A stretch of DNA of 32,000 bases from Crocosphaera subtropica ATCC 51142 (GTDB taxonomy: Bacteria; Cyanobacteriota; Cyanobacteriia; Cyanobacteriales; Microcystaceae). The first letter of the stretch is position 1. Every line of letters begins with the position of its first letter. The stretch is taken from the NCBI RefSeq assembly GCF_000017845.1, contig NC_010546.1:780001-812000 (forward strand), read 5' to 3'. The translations under genes were made by a program, and so were the position numbers. The notes beneath the pieces are model-generated. The model had not been told where the DNA came from. It worked only from the letters and a program-made list of their open reading frames with translations, and did not search any database. Positions 9,170-17,955 of this stretch are shown piece by piece.

Positions 9170-10627
9170 TTATACAAGATTTGAATTCAGAAAAATAGAT
9201 AAACTAATTAAGATGATGCCTACAACCCCTAAACTCAATAAAATAAAGGTTGTCCTATTACTTTTAGCCAGAATTTCTGAGTAAGATAACTCATGATTTT
9301 GAATGAGAACAAAAGAATGGGGATTAAAAATAAAAGGTAAGAAACGACTCAAAATTAAACGAATAAAAAAGTTAATACTCCATAACTTTTTCTGTAAAGG
9401 ATCTTGATTATATTGCCAAGGATAACTAATCTGAACTAAACGAATTAACGCCTTAATATCATCTTGTCGTCGCTTTTGATAAATGGGAAGTGCTTGAGAC
9501 AGGTTATCTTCAGTTTCTTCTAATATTTCTTGAAAGATATAAACATCTTCTAAAGCAGAATTCACCCCTTGTCCAATATCAGGGGGAAAACAATGGACAG
9601 CATCCCCTAATAAAATAACAGCCGTTCCTTTATGCTTATCAGGTTCTCCCCAAATTTTATAAACGCCTGAAGAAAATTGAGGCATGGGAAATTGTCCACC
9701 TTCGCTACAGGTAAATCTTGCAATTTCTTCATCAGAAACAATCTTTTCTAAAGGAATTTGAGGAAAAGCGGATATTAAGAACTGTTTTACTTCTTCTGAT
9801 CTTTTTAATTGCCAAATTTGATGATCGGGGTAAGTGATAATATTAGCGGTTCTAGGTTGCTTGGGATTTTTGAAGGGTAATAAACCTAAAGAAATGGCTT
9901 TGTTTTTTTCTTTAAAAACAGAGCGAATAGCATAAGCCATTGTAGAGTTAGTTGTATCCTTTTCTTCTTCTGATAAGGGAAATTGAGGAGGTAAAGTAAG
10001 CACTTTGTATCTAAGTCCAGAACTAGGAGAAGGAAACATTTGCATAGCAAATGAATTGGAGTTATCTTCGGTTTTCTGAACTGTTTTACGGACAATGGAC
10101 TTTAACCCATCTCCACCGACTAATAAAGTGGGAATGAACGTTAATTTTTCGTTATCTGGACTTTGAGCGATAACTGTTAACTGATCTTCAATTACTTTAA
10201 TTTCAAGACAATTAGTATTAAATAAAACTTGAATAGAGTCTTGCCAATATGTTTCAATCTCTTGATAAAACAATTGGACAAAAGATGCTCTAGGTAACCA
10301 ATAGGCCGTTTTCCTTTCAGGATCAACAATAGGAAGTTTTGTGACTTTTCGTGTTCCATCGGGTTTAATGAGTGTTAAATAAAAATCTGTGTTAGGAACA
10401 CTTAAATCAGCAAGTTGATCTGTAAGATTTAAGAAATCGGTTAATTTTTGTCCTCGGCCATCAATTTGATAGTTAAAAGATTTATCAGGTTCATAATAAT
10501 CAGCAGAAGGTCTTTTTTCAATAACGATAATATCTTTCCAGCCTCTTGTTGCTAACATTAAAGCAGTTCCTAAACCTGTAGGTCCTCCCCCAATAATGAC
10601 TACATTTTTTCGGTCAGAATCATTCAT
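9170..10627 (-). CDS. FAD-dependent monooxygenase (aromatic-hydroxylase / kynurenine-3-monooxygenase-like) with a hydrophobic C-terminal tail
   Basis: It has the GXGXXG dinucleotide fold (VVIIGGGPTGLGTAL), a DG motif (LLVGGDGLKSIVRK) and a GD motif (GDAVHCFPPDIGQGVNSALED). The C-terminus is a TM-like segment (FILLSLGVVGIILISLSIFL). Confidence 0.8.
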   Translation of the reverse strand: MNDSDRKNVVIIGGGPTGLGTALMLATRGWKDIIVIEKRPSADYYEPDKSFNYQIDGRGQKLTDFLNLTDQLADLSVPNTDFYLTLIKPDGTRKVTKLPIVDPERKTAYWLPRASFVQLFYQEIETYWQDSIQVLFNTNCLEIKVIEDQLTVIAQSPDNEKLTFIPTLLVGGDGLKSIVRKTVQKTEDNSNSFAMQMFPSPSSGLRYKVLTLPPQFPLSEEEKDTTNSTMAYAIRSVFKEKNKAISLGLLPFKNPKQPRTANIITYPDHQIWQLKRSEEVKQFLISAFPQIPLEKIVSDEEIARFTCSEGGQFPMPQFSSGVYKIWGEPDKHKGTAVILLGDAVHCFPPDIGQGVNSALEDVYIFQEILEETEDNLSQALPIYQKRRQDDIKALIRLVQISYPWQYNQDPLQKKLWSINFFIRLILSRFLPFIFNPHSFVLIQNHELSYSEILAKSNRTTFILLSLGVVGIILISLSIFLNSNLV

Positions 10628-10755
10628 AATAAGTAATGATATATTTCTTGGCTAAGTCAATGCTAGGAAGTTTTTTGTGTTATTATAGCTGTAGAAAGTA
10701 TTATAGGCGCATCTTGTACCTAGAAAATGAAACAATAGAAAAATAATATTTCAAG

Positions 10756-10968
10756 ATGACTAAAAATTACAAAAACGCTTCAGATGTGATTAGACTAGGC
10801 CAGTTTATGAAATGGCAAAATCTGGTGCAAAGTGGTGGTGAGGCAAAAATAAGAATTCAAGGGGGAGAAGTGATGGTCAATGGTTGTGTAGAAATAAGAC
10901 GGGGACGGCAATTAAGAAGTGGAGATCAAGTTACCTTTAATGGCAAGCATTACGAAGTCAACTTATAA
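10756..10968 (+). CDS. Small S4-domain RNA-binding protein (YbcJ-like)
   Basis: This 70-aa protein has the GGEAK...V.VNG....RRG..L..GD pattern typical of stand-alone S4 domain proteins. Confidence 0.7.
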   Translation: MTKNYKNASDVIRLGQFMKWQNLVQSGGEAKIRIQGGEVMVNGCVEIRRGRQLRSGDQVTFNGKHYEVNL

Positions 10969-11096
10969 ATTTCTTTTTCCTCACTTGCAGTTGAATCGAG
11001 TAATTTAGCTGCTTAAAAGCTGATAAGGTAAATTTTGACTATCTGTTCCCTTAGCCGTCCCTGAAAGAAAGAAAACTTACAAAAGATGAACAATAA

Positions 11097-11243
11097 TTAG
11101 GTTTCTTGGATTACCGTTACAGAAGACTTGTTCTTTGCAAACAATAAAGTTAACCATTGAGTTGTTAACAATCGAGGAACTAATAAACAAAACAGACTAT
11201 TTAACAGCAGCATTATCCATAATTGAAGATCGCTCATTTCCAT
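11097..11243 (-). CDS. Possible 48-aa hydrophobic small protein (below the ORF-track cutoff)
   Basis: My own translation is MEMSDLQLWIMLLLNSLFCLLVPRLLTTQWLTLLFAKNKSSVTVIQET. An AGGAG lies 7 nt upstream of the ATG. It sits in an otherwise empty 400-bp gap. I recognised no homology. Confidence 0.25.
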   Translation of the reverse strand: MEMSDLQLWIMLLLNSLFCLLVPRLLTTQWLTLLFAKNKSSVTVIQET

Positions 11244-11372
11244 AGACAAGCTCCTAATTGTTTTTTCTGTTGTCTAGCATTCTTAATTATGCCCTATATT
11301 TTTGCGAAGATAAACAAGACAAAGGTTTAAATTTCTTGTTAGATAGATAAGTTTTTCTGACGTTACAAATTA

Positions 11373-12413
11373 TTAACCCTCTAACCCTCTGGAATTCAAT
11401 AAGACTTTACGTTTTTTTCTAGCAATTTCTTGTAAGTCAATAATGCGATCGGTTTCGTCTACAATTTCCCCTGTTAAGACTTCTAACACATCCTCTAATG
11501 TTACCACTCCTGCAACCCCACCATACTCATCTAAAACCACCATTAAATGTTCACGATTATCTTGGAAAGTTTTAAGTAGTTTATCGGCTTTAATCGTTTC
11601 AGGAACATAATGAACTTGACGAAGTAGGTGATTAATTTTTTGATTGCCTTCTCCTCTAATTATGGCTGCTAGTAATTCATCTTTCAAACAATATCCAATC
11701 ACTTGATCGATAGATTCTTCAATGACTAAAATACGAGTATGTTCAGAAGCAATAATTTCATTTTGAGACTCAATTAAAGTCGAATTACCTTCTAAAAAAG
11801 TAACAATAACCCTAGGAGTCATTAACTCTGCTGCCGTTAAATCATTCAGTTGGAAAACCCGTTGAATCATCTCTGCTTCATCATCCTCTATGACCCCTTC
11901 TTTATAACCAATCATAGTTAAAAAACGAATTTCTGCTTCATTGGTCGTTGGTAACTTTCCTCGATGGGTAAAGGGAGAAGTAATTTGTTCCATTAACCAA
12001 ACTAAAGGCGTAAAAATAACCGTCAAAAATTGTACAGGAATAGCAATAATTAAAGCGATAGGTTCAGAATATCGTTCTCCAATGGTTTTAGGAATAATTT
12101 CAGCACAAACAATAATCAAGAAAGTGAGAATACTAGAAAATAGACCTAACCAAGCATCTCCTAAAACCTCAGCAGCTAAACTTCCGATAACAATACTTCC
12201 TACAATATTAAAGATATTATTGAGGATAACAATTGTAGCAATAGGACGATTCATTTTGCTACGAATTGACTGTAAAACAATTGCTGCTGGTTTTTTAGAA
12301 TGAGCTAATTGTTTAACCCTGACCCTTGAAACTGAAAATAATGCCGTTTCTGCACAGGAACAAATTCCTGATCCAATCAAAACAATTAAAACCACAAAGA
12401 TGATATTTAGCAT
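11373..12413 (-). CDS. CNNM/CorC-type transporter (DUF21 membrane domain plus CBS pair)
   Basis: The N-terminal half is four-TM-like, with the conserved AETALFSVSRVRV segment. Two CBS-like units follow (LMTPRVIVTFL..., VVLDEYGGVAGVVTLEDVLE). Confidence 0.8.
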   Translation of the reverse strand: MLNIIFVVLIVLIGSGICSCAETALFSVSRVRVKQLAHSKKPAAIVLQSIRSKMNRPIATIVILNNIFNIVGSIVIGSLAAEVLGDAWLGLFSSILTFLIIVCAEIIPKTIGERYSEPIALIIAIPVQFLTVIFTPLVWLMEQITSPFTHRGKLPTTNEAEIRFLTMIGYKEGVIEDDEAEMIQRVFQLNDLTAAELMTPRVIVTFLEGNSTLIESQNEIIASEHTRILVIEESIDQVIGYCLKDELLAAIIRGEGNQKINHLLRQVHYVPETIKADKLLKTFQDNREHLMVVLDEYGGVAGVVTLEDVLEVLTGEIVDETDRIIDLQEIARKKRKVLLNSRGLEG

Positions 12414-12420
12414 AATAATT

Positions 12421-13533
12421 TTAGTTGAGAGAATTGCCCATAATTTTATCTCTAATAATCAAAGCAGTTGCAGGAGCCAATAAAACCCCATTACGATAAT
12501 GACCAGTAGCTAATAAAACATGAGGATAGTTAGGAACTTCTTTAATAATAGGAGCCGATTCTCCATCGGGACGAGGACGTTTACCCGACCAAGTATTTAT
12601 AATTTCTCCTTTTGCTAAACCAGGACAAAAAGAAAAAGCCTGTTGTTTAACTGTTTCTAATAGGTCAGGTTGTGGCCAAACTTCTCCCTTTTCGTCAGGA
12701 AATTCTACTGTAGCACCGATCCAATATTCCTGCTCATTAACAGGAACAATATGAACATCTTCTCCTGTGATGACAGGTTGAAAATCAACCTCCCCTAAAC
12801 GATGATTTAACTTAATTTGTAATGCTTGCCCTAGAACTGGTTTAATATTAACCATTGGTTGTAATGGGTTAATTAAAGGAGTGGAACCCAAACCAGCACA
12901 GATAATTAACCAATCGGTTTCTAGGGTCTGGTATGGTGTTTTAATACTGTAGGATTGACTATTATTAGAGTAATTTAGACCAGTTGTGGTAATATTTTGA
13001 ACTTTGACCCCAAACTGACAATTTACACCGTTTTTAGAAGCAGCTAAAACAAGAGATTTAGTTAAAATAGTCGGATGAATTTGCCGATCTTCAGGGGAAT
13101 AAATAGCCCCAATAATACGGTCATTTTGTACCTGGGGACAACGTTTTAATAACTCATGTTTGTCCCAAATTTCTAAAGCATATCCGTTATCATTACGAAA
13201 CTGTTGTAATTTTTCCCATCTTTCTAGGGGATCATCAGCAAAACATAACATTAAAATTCCTTGATAGTTAACAGGAATTTGTCTATCAGTTAACCTTTCT
13301 AACTCAGGGATTAAAGTTTGATAACGCTCTAAACTAAGCTGACGAAGTTTCCAACCCCTTCCCTTCCTTTTGTGGCTAATAATCGCCATTAAAACTCCTA
13401 AAGCTGCCCCCGTTGATCCTGAAGCTGGCTGTTTTTCATCAATTAGGGTAATTTCTAAACCCTTGATTAAACTTAATTCATAAGCGATCGCTGAGCCAAT
13501 AACGCCAGCCCCAATAATAGTAATACGAGTCAT
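12421..13533 (-). CDS. FAD-dependent oxidoreductase of the DAO family (glycine oxidase ThiO-like)
   Basis: The N-terminal Rossmann motif is ITIIGAGVIGSAIAYEL. Size and C-terminal pattern (GHYRNGVLLAP) fit DAO/ThiO-type enzymes. The stop is 7 nt from the CNNM start, so the two are probably one operon. Confidence 0.7.
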   Translation of the reverse strand: MTRITIIGAGVIGSAIAYELSLIKGLEITLIDEKQPASGSTGAALGVLMAIISHKRKGRGWKLRQLSLERYQTLIPELERLTDRQIPVNYQGILMLCFADDPLERWEKLQQFRNDNGYALEIWDKHELLKRCPQVQNDRIIGAIYSPEDRQIHPTILTKSLVLAASKNGVNCQFGVKVQNITTTGLNYSNNSQSYSIKTPYQTLETDWLIICAGLGSTPLINPLQPMVNIKPVLGQALQIKLNHRLGEVDFQPVITGEDVHIVPVNEQEYWIGATVEFPDEKGEVWPQPDLLETVKQQAFSFCPGLAKGEIINTWSGKRPRPDGESAPIIKEVPNYPHVLLATGHYRNGVLLAPATALIIRDKIMGNSLN

Positions 13534-13561
13534 ATTGATGTTAAGAAGTTTCCATAATTAT

Positions 13562-13584
13562 AGGGGCATAGTTATTATGCCCCT
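13562..13584 (-). terminator. Hairpin downstream of the psbQ-like gene
   Basis: The sequence is AGGGGCATA-gttat-TATGCCCCT, a 9-bp stem. It lies 24 nt after the 3' end of the minus-strand gene ending at 13608. The trailing sequence is A/T-rich but not a clean U-tract. Confidence 0.5.
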
Positions 13585-13607
13585 ACCAATGTTATAACTA
13601 AAATGAG

Positions 13608-14051
13608 TTAGCTTTTGGGAACTAAATCTAAGAAACTTTGTAAATCATCGACTGCCTTGCGATATTGTCGTTGCGCCACTGCTGAGTTCCGTTCCTTGGC
13701 AGCAGCATCCAACCGTTCCAAGTCAGTAAACAAAGCTTGAGATAAATTTTTGGCTTCCTTTTGATCCTTGGGTAACAAAGAACGAGTTAAACTACTCATT
13801 TCTTGACGAAGACCACCTAAAGGCCCGTGAATATAGGTACGGGTATCGATCCAATTTTCATCCGCAATAAACCCTTTGAGGACATCAAAATTTTCTTTGG
13901 CTTCCTCAATAGGTTCAACGAGAACCTGTAATTGTTCAATTTTCTCAGGGGCATAGGTGGTCGGGATAGAGGCTTTTTGACCACCACAACTAACACAAAA
14001 GATGGCCACAGCCACCAATAATAGAGACAGAATAGAGCGAATACGTGGCAT
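13608..14051 (-). CDS. psbQ: Photosystem II extrinsic lipoprotein CyanoQ (PsbQ-like)
   Basis: It is 147 aa with a lipoprotein signal (LLVAVAIFCVSCGG). The helical remainder contains TRTYIHGPLGGLRQEMSSLTRSLLPKDQKEA, which I recognise as the conserved CyanoQ core. This is recognition from memory, not a search. Confidence 0.55.
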   Translation of the reverse strand: MPRIRSILSLLLVAVAIFCVSCGGQKASIPTTYAPEKIEQLQVLVEPIEEAKENFDVLKGFIADENWIDTRTYIHGPLGGLRQEMSSLTRSLLPKDQKEAKNLSQALFTDLERLDAAAKERNSAVAQRQYRKAVDDLQSFLDLVPKS

Positions 14052-14133
14052 AATTCTAAGTTTTGCTAATGATATTAAGTAAACTCCTCAGTCGATTTTC
14101 TCAAGAATTGCGTAGATTGGTCAATGTTTTTAT

Positions 14134-14168
14134 CAGGGAACAGGGAACGGGGAATAGGCAACAGGGTT
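14134..14168. repeat. Degenerate heptanucleotide tandem repeat (CAGGGAA-like, 5 units)
   Basis: The units are cagggaa cagggaa cggggaa taggcaa cagggtt. The tract is intergenic, between the psbQ-like start and the hydrolase stop. Confidence 0.7.
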
Positions 14169-14186
14169 TTATCTTAAAAACTGCTG

Positions 14187-15044
14187 TTAAACGACCTGAC
14201 GACGTAAAAAAGTGATCATTTCTTCACTAACTTCTTTGGGCCAATGTTCTTGGGGATAATGCTTTGCTTCTTCTAACTTGACCATCTCAACATTAGACGA
14301 ATTGGCCGCTAATTTTTCAGGGATATCAGCCGATAACCAGGGATCAGCCATTCCCCAAAGGATCAGCGTAGGAACTGTCCAGCGAGAAAACTCCGTTTCT
14401 ATGTCTTTCAGGGTTTGAGAGAGTTTCAAATTTTTTGTTGTGGTGAGTAACGCCCGTCCCACCGCAGAACTTTTAAGATAGGGTTGTCGAAAGATGTCTA
14501 AATCTTTATCTTCAATCACAAAACCACTGCCCTTTTCTAAGGTACGGTCCACCAATAAGGGATCTTGGGTGACCATATCTCCCATAAAGGGAATTGACCA
14601 TTGCTGCATTAACCAAGGTAGCTTAACGTCAGGGGATAAAGGGGTATTGAGAATAATTAAGCGTTCAATGGCATCAGCATGGGTGAAAGCGTATTGTAGG
14701 GCTACAGAAGCCAAAAACCCTTGCACTACTAAAGAAACCTTGTCCAATTCTAAGGCTTCTATCAACTCCCCCAAGGCCTTTTGATAAGCAGCAGAAGTAT
14801 AAGCAAAGTCCCGTTTATCTGGTTTAGCGGAAAACCCCGAACCGATCCAGTCAGGGGCGATCGCCCGAAACCCTTTATCTTCTAAGTTCTCCATCACTCT
14901 GCGCCAGGTATAACTATGACTCGGTAACCCATGAAGTAATAGGACTGGAGGTTTATTATTGCTGCTGGTGGGAGTAACTTCCCGATAAAACCATTCCAGG
15001 GAACCGACGGCTATTTTTTGTTCTCTTATCATATATTCACTCAA
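14187..15044 (-). CDS. Alpha/beta-hydrolase fold protein, haloalkane-dehalogenase-like
   Basis: It has the HG oxyanion motif (LLLHGLPSHSYTWRRV), APDWIGSGFSAKPDK and a C-terminal KHYPQEHWP catalytic-His region. The nucleophile elbow reads VVQGFLAS rather than HDWG or GxSxG (see findings). Confidence 0.75.
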   Translation of the reverse strand: MSEYMIREQKIAVGSLEWFYREVTPTSSNNKPPVLLLHGLPSHSYTWRRVMENLEDKGFRAIAPDWIGSGFSAKPDKRDFAYTSAAYQKALGELIEALELDKVSLVVQGFLASVALQYAFTHADAIERLIILNTPLSPDVKLPWLMQQWSIPFMGDMVTQDPLLVDRTLEKGSGFVIEDKDLDIFRQPYLKSSAVGRALLTTTKNLKLSQTLKDIETEFSRWTVPTLILWGMADPWLSADIPEKLAANSSNVEMVKLEEAKHYPQEHWPKEVSEEMITFLRRQVV

Positions 15045-15230
15045 AGCTAAAGTTGATCATTTGTCTTTTCTGTTTAAACTGTATACATTAGAGTAGAACT
15101 TATACTATGGACAATAGCCAAAGGTTAACGACCGTTGACCTATACTTATACCGTTAGTTACCTTAATTTCATTAAGGACACCCATTTAACCAGTAACTTA
15201 GTTGATAAACCACAGGAGATAAAATAGCTT

Positions 15231-15926
15231 ATGCAAGAGCTTGCTTTACGCTCAGAGCTTGATTTTAACAGCGAAACCTATAAAGATGCTTACAGTCGCA
15301 TCAATGCTATTGTCATTGAAGGGGAACAAGAAGCCTATCAAAATTATCTTGATATGGCGCAACTTCTCCCAGAAGACGAGGCTGAGTTAATTCGTCTCTC
15401 CAAGATGGAAAACCGTCACAAAAAAGGCTTTCAAGCCTGTGGCAAGAATTTGAATGTGACCCCAGATATGGACTACGCTCAACAATTTTTTGCTGAACTT
15501 CATGGCAACTTCCAAAAGGCAAAAGCCGAAGGCAAAATTGTCACTTGCTTATTAATTCAATCTTTGATCATCGAAGCCTTTGCGATCGCCGCTTATAATA
15601 TTTATATTCCTGTGGCAGATCCCTTTGCTCGTAAAATCACCGAAGGGGTAGTTAAGGATGAATATACCCACCTCAATTTTGGGGAAGTCTGGTTAAAAGA
15701 GCATTTTGAAGCCTCTAAAGCAGAATTAGAAGACGCAAATAAAGAAAATTTACCCCTTGTTTGGCAAATGCTCAACCAAGTTGAAAAAGATGCCGAAGTG
15801 TTAGGGATGGAGAAAGAAGCCTTAGTGGAAGATTTCATGATTAGTTATGGAGAAGCTTTAAGTAATATTGGTTTCTCTACCCGTGAGATCATGAAAATGT
15901 CTGCTTACGGGCTACGGGCTGCTTAA
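15231..15926 (+). CDS. ado: Aldehyde-deformylating oxygenase (cyanobacterial alkane biosynthesis)
   Basis: This 231-aa ferritin-like di-iron protein has two E-x-x-H motifs (MENRHKKGF and [10 protein letters not shown]). The N-terminus ([29 protein letters not shown]) is characteristic of ADO. An AGGAG lies upstream of the ATG. Confidence 0.9.
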   Translation: MQELALRSELDFNSETYKDAYSRINAIVIEGEQEAYQNYLDMAQLLPEDEAELIRLSKMENRHKKGFQACGKNLNVTPDMDYAQQFFAELHGNFQKAKAEGKIVTCLLIQSLIIEAFAIAAYNIYIPVADPFARKITEGVVKDEYTHLNFGEVWLKEHFEASKAELEDANKENLPLVWQMLNQVEKDAEVLGMEKEALVEDFMISYGEALSNIGFSTREIMKMSAYGLRAA

Positions 15927-15972
15927 AAACAGTACACAGTAAACACTGAGAACTGTTGATATATAAGATAAT

Positions 15973-16002
15973 AAGGGGCTTAATACCTTGATTAAGCCCC
16001 TT
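15973..16002. terminator. Strong hairpin between convergent genes (putative bidirectional terminator)
   Basis: The sequence is AAGGGGCTTAAT-accttg-ATTAAGCCCCTT, a 12-bp perfect stem. It lies between the ado stop (15926) and the binding-protein stop (16060). Confidence 0.65.
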
Positions 16003-16059
16003 AGAATTTGTTAATGAATAAAAATGAAGTATTCTTAATCGATAAATACAGCGTCTAGA

Positions 16060-17823
16060 TTATTCTTCACTAACATCGGTAACTGATAGTTTTTCGATGT
16101 TCCAAAAAGCACCCCCTAAAGCAGAATATTCGATCCCCTCAAAACGATTTTTAACCGCAGCTAAAGAATAAGGATTAACTAAGTAAATAAACGGCAAATA
16201 TTCTGATACTAATACTTGTGCTTCGTTATAGATTTCTTTGCGCTTATTCATATCTAATTCTTGAGAACCAGCAATATATAACTGCTCAATTTCTTTTTCC
16301 CAGTCTGATACAACCCTTCCGGTAATAGGTTTCATTCCGGGTTGCGGTTTTTGGTTAAACATATGTAAGTTACCGTCGGTGTACCAAATGTTAGGAGAAT
16401 GGGGTTCATTTCCTCCTGTAAATCCGATGATATGAGTATCCCAGTCTAAGGAATTACTGAGTTTATCGACTAAAACATTGAACGCTAAAGGACTAAAATT
16501 AACCTGCATTCCTAGCTTACCTAAATCCTCTTTTATTTGCGCTCCCATCGCTTCCCTGATTTTGTTCCCTGCATTAGTAATTAAATTGAATTCAACTTGA
16601 TTACCTTTCTTATCTAATAAGTTTCCCTCTGAATTGTAGGTAAACCCTTCTTGTAATAATAAAGCTTTGGCTTTTTCGGGATCATAATTATAACCTTCTA
16701 CTGATTGATTATAATAAGGAGATTGCACAGAAACTTGTGTATTTTGCGGACTACCCAACCCTCGATAAATATTATTAATAATTCGAGGTCGATCAATTCC
16801 ATAAGCAACTGCTTTCCTAAAATTAACATTATTAAACCATTCAGATTTGATAGGGTCAACTAAAGGTTTCCCGTCTCTTTTGCCTTTATTTTGATTGAAC
16901 GAAACGAAAACAGTTCCGTAGGCAGCCCCTCCATTATAAATAGTAAAATTACCTCGATCTTCTTCTCTTTTTAATAAAGAAAAATACTCAGGACTCACAC
17001 TAATCGAGTCTAAACTTCCTGAGCGAAATTGTAACAATGAAGTATCTGTTGATTCTACAATAGCCCAGATAACCGTCTCAATATTGGGTAACTCATTTCC
17101 TTGTTGATCTTTTTTCCAATAATAGGGATTTTTTTCAAAGACAACCCGTTGACTGGTAACATATTCCTTGAGTTGGTAAGGTCCATTAACAATAATATTT
17201 TCTGGAGGGGTATCCGTTCCCCAAGTTGATAAAAATTTCGGACTTCCTTCGGCATCGGTTTCTTGAATGGTTTTTCGCAAAATATGAGCCGGTAAAATAG
17301 GAACACTGGCATTATCGAGAAAAGGCGCAAAGGGTTCTGTGATTTTGAATTCTATGCGTCGATCATCTAACTTTCTAATAGTAGGAAAATCTCCCTTACT
17401 CCCTACCCGAAAACTATCTCGATAATTATTAGGGATTTTCTCATTCAAATATAAATCATTGTACGAAAAAACAACATCATCCGCCGTTAAAGGTTCCCCA
17501 TCTGACCATTTCAGCCCGTCCCTTAAGGTAAAAACAATGGTTAATTTATCATCAGAAATATCCCAAGATTCTGCTAACGCCGGCTCTTTTTCTGCGGTAA
17601 GAGGATTTTCTGTAATTAACCCTTCATAGGTTAATCCAAAAATATTAGGAGACTCTTGGGATAACACAGCATTAAAGGTTTTAGGATCGCTCAGAATGGA
17701 TAAAACGACTCTATTTTGATCCCCAGTGGAAGCACAAGCGGTTATCATTAAAATAGAAAAACCTACTAAAATTAGGGTTAAAATTGGTCGATAAATTGTT
17801 TTGATTTTGTTTAAGTATTTCAT
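16060..17823 (-). CDS. ABC transporter substrate-binding protein, family 5 (oligopeptide/dipeptide/nickel type)
   Basis: It is 587 aa with a lipoprotein-like signal (ILMITACAS). Family-5 SBP segments recognised by eye include GLITENPLTAEKEPALAESWDISDD and KWSDGEPLTADDVVFSY. Confidence 0.85.
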   Translation of the reverse strand: MKYLNKIKTIYRPILTLILVGFSILMITACASTGDQNRVVLSILSDPKTFNAVLSQESPNIFGLTYEGLITENPLTAEKEPALAESWDISDDKLTIVFTLRDGLKWSDGEPLTADDVVFSYNDLYLNEKIPNNYRDSFRVGSKGDFPTIRKLDDRRIEFKITEPFAPFLDNASVPILPAHILRKTIQETDAEGSPKFLSTWGTDTPPENIIVNGPYQLKEYVTSQRVVFEKNPYYWKKDQQGNELPNIETVIWAIVESTDTSLLQFRSGSLDSISVSPEYFSLLKREEDRGNFTIYNGGAAYGTVFVSFNQNKGKRDGKPLVDPIKSEWFNNVNFRKAVAYGIDRPRIINNIYRGLGSPQNTQVSVQSPYYNQSVEGYNYDPEKAKALLLQEGFTYNSEGNLLDKKGNQVEFNLITNAGNKIREAMGAQIKEDLGKLGMQVNFSPLAFNVLVDKLSNSLDWDTHIIGFTGGNEPHSPNIWYTDGNLHMFNQKPQPGMKPITGRVVSDWEKEIEQLYIAGSQELDMNKRKEIYNEAQVLVSEYLPFIYLVNPYSLAAVKNRFEGIEYSALGGAFWNIEKLSVTDVSEE

Positions 17824-17955
17824 GATTTAAAAGTAACTTTGTATATTCGTATTTATTAATTTTAAAGTATTACTGCTGATCATCTCTTTCCCTGCTACCC
17901 TGAAGTCTTTTGTGGCAAACATTTAGGGATTTCATATAACCGCCTACGACCTCCA

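Noticed and set aside
9142-9177. Longer start for the ferredoxin-like gene overlapping the monooxygenase stop
   Set aside because: The extension (MYNLHNSIIYYS) is non-conserved-looking. The Met at 9141 gives a typical ferredoxin-like N-terminus. I kept it as an alternative only.
11941-12303. 120-aa ORF antisense to the CNNM transporter gene
   Set aside because: It is fully contained in a confidently called membrane-protein CDS. Antisense frames of AT-rich hydrophobic genes often stay open.
14494-15838. Antisense ORFs 14494..14784 (+), 15313..15522 (-) and 15602..15838 (-) within the hydrolase and ado genes
   Set aside because: They are contained in confidently assigned CDSs on the opposite strand. 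Their composition is low-complexity and they have no start context.
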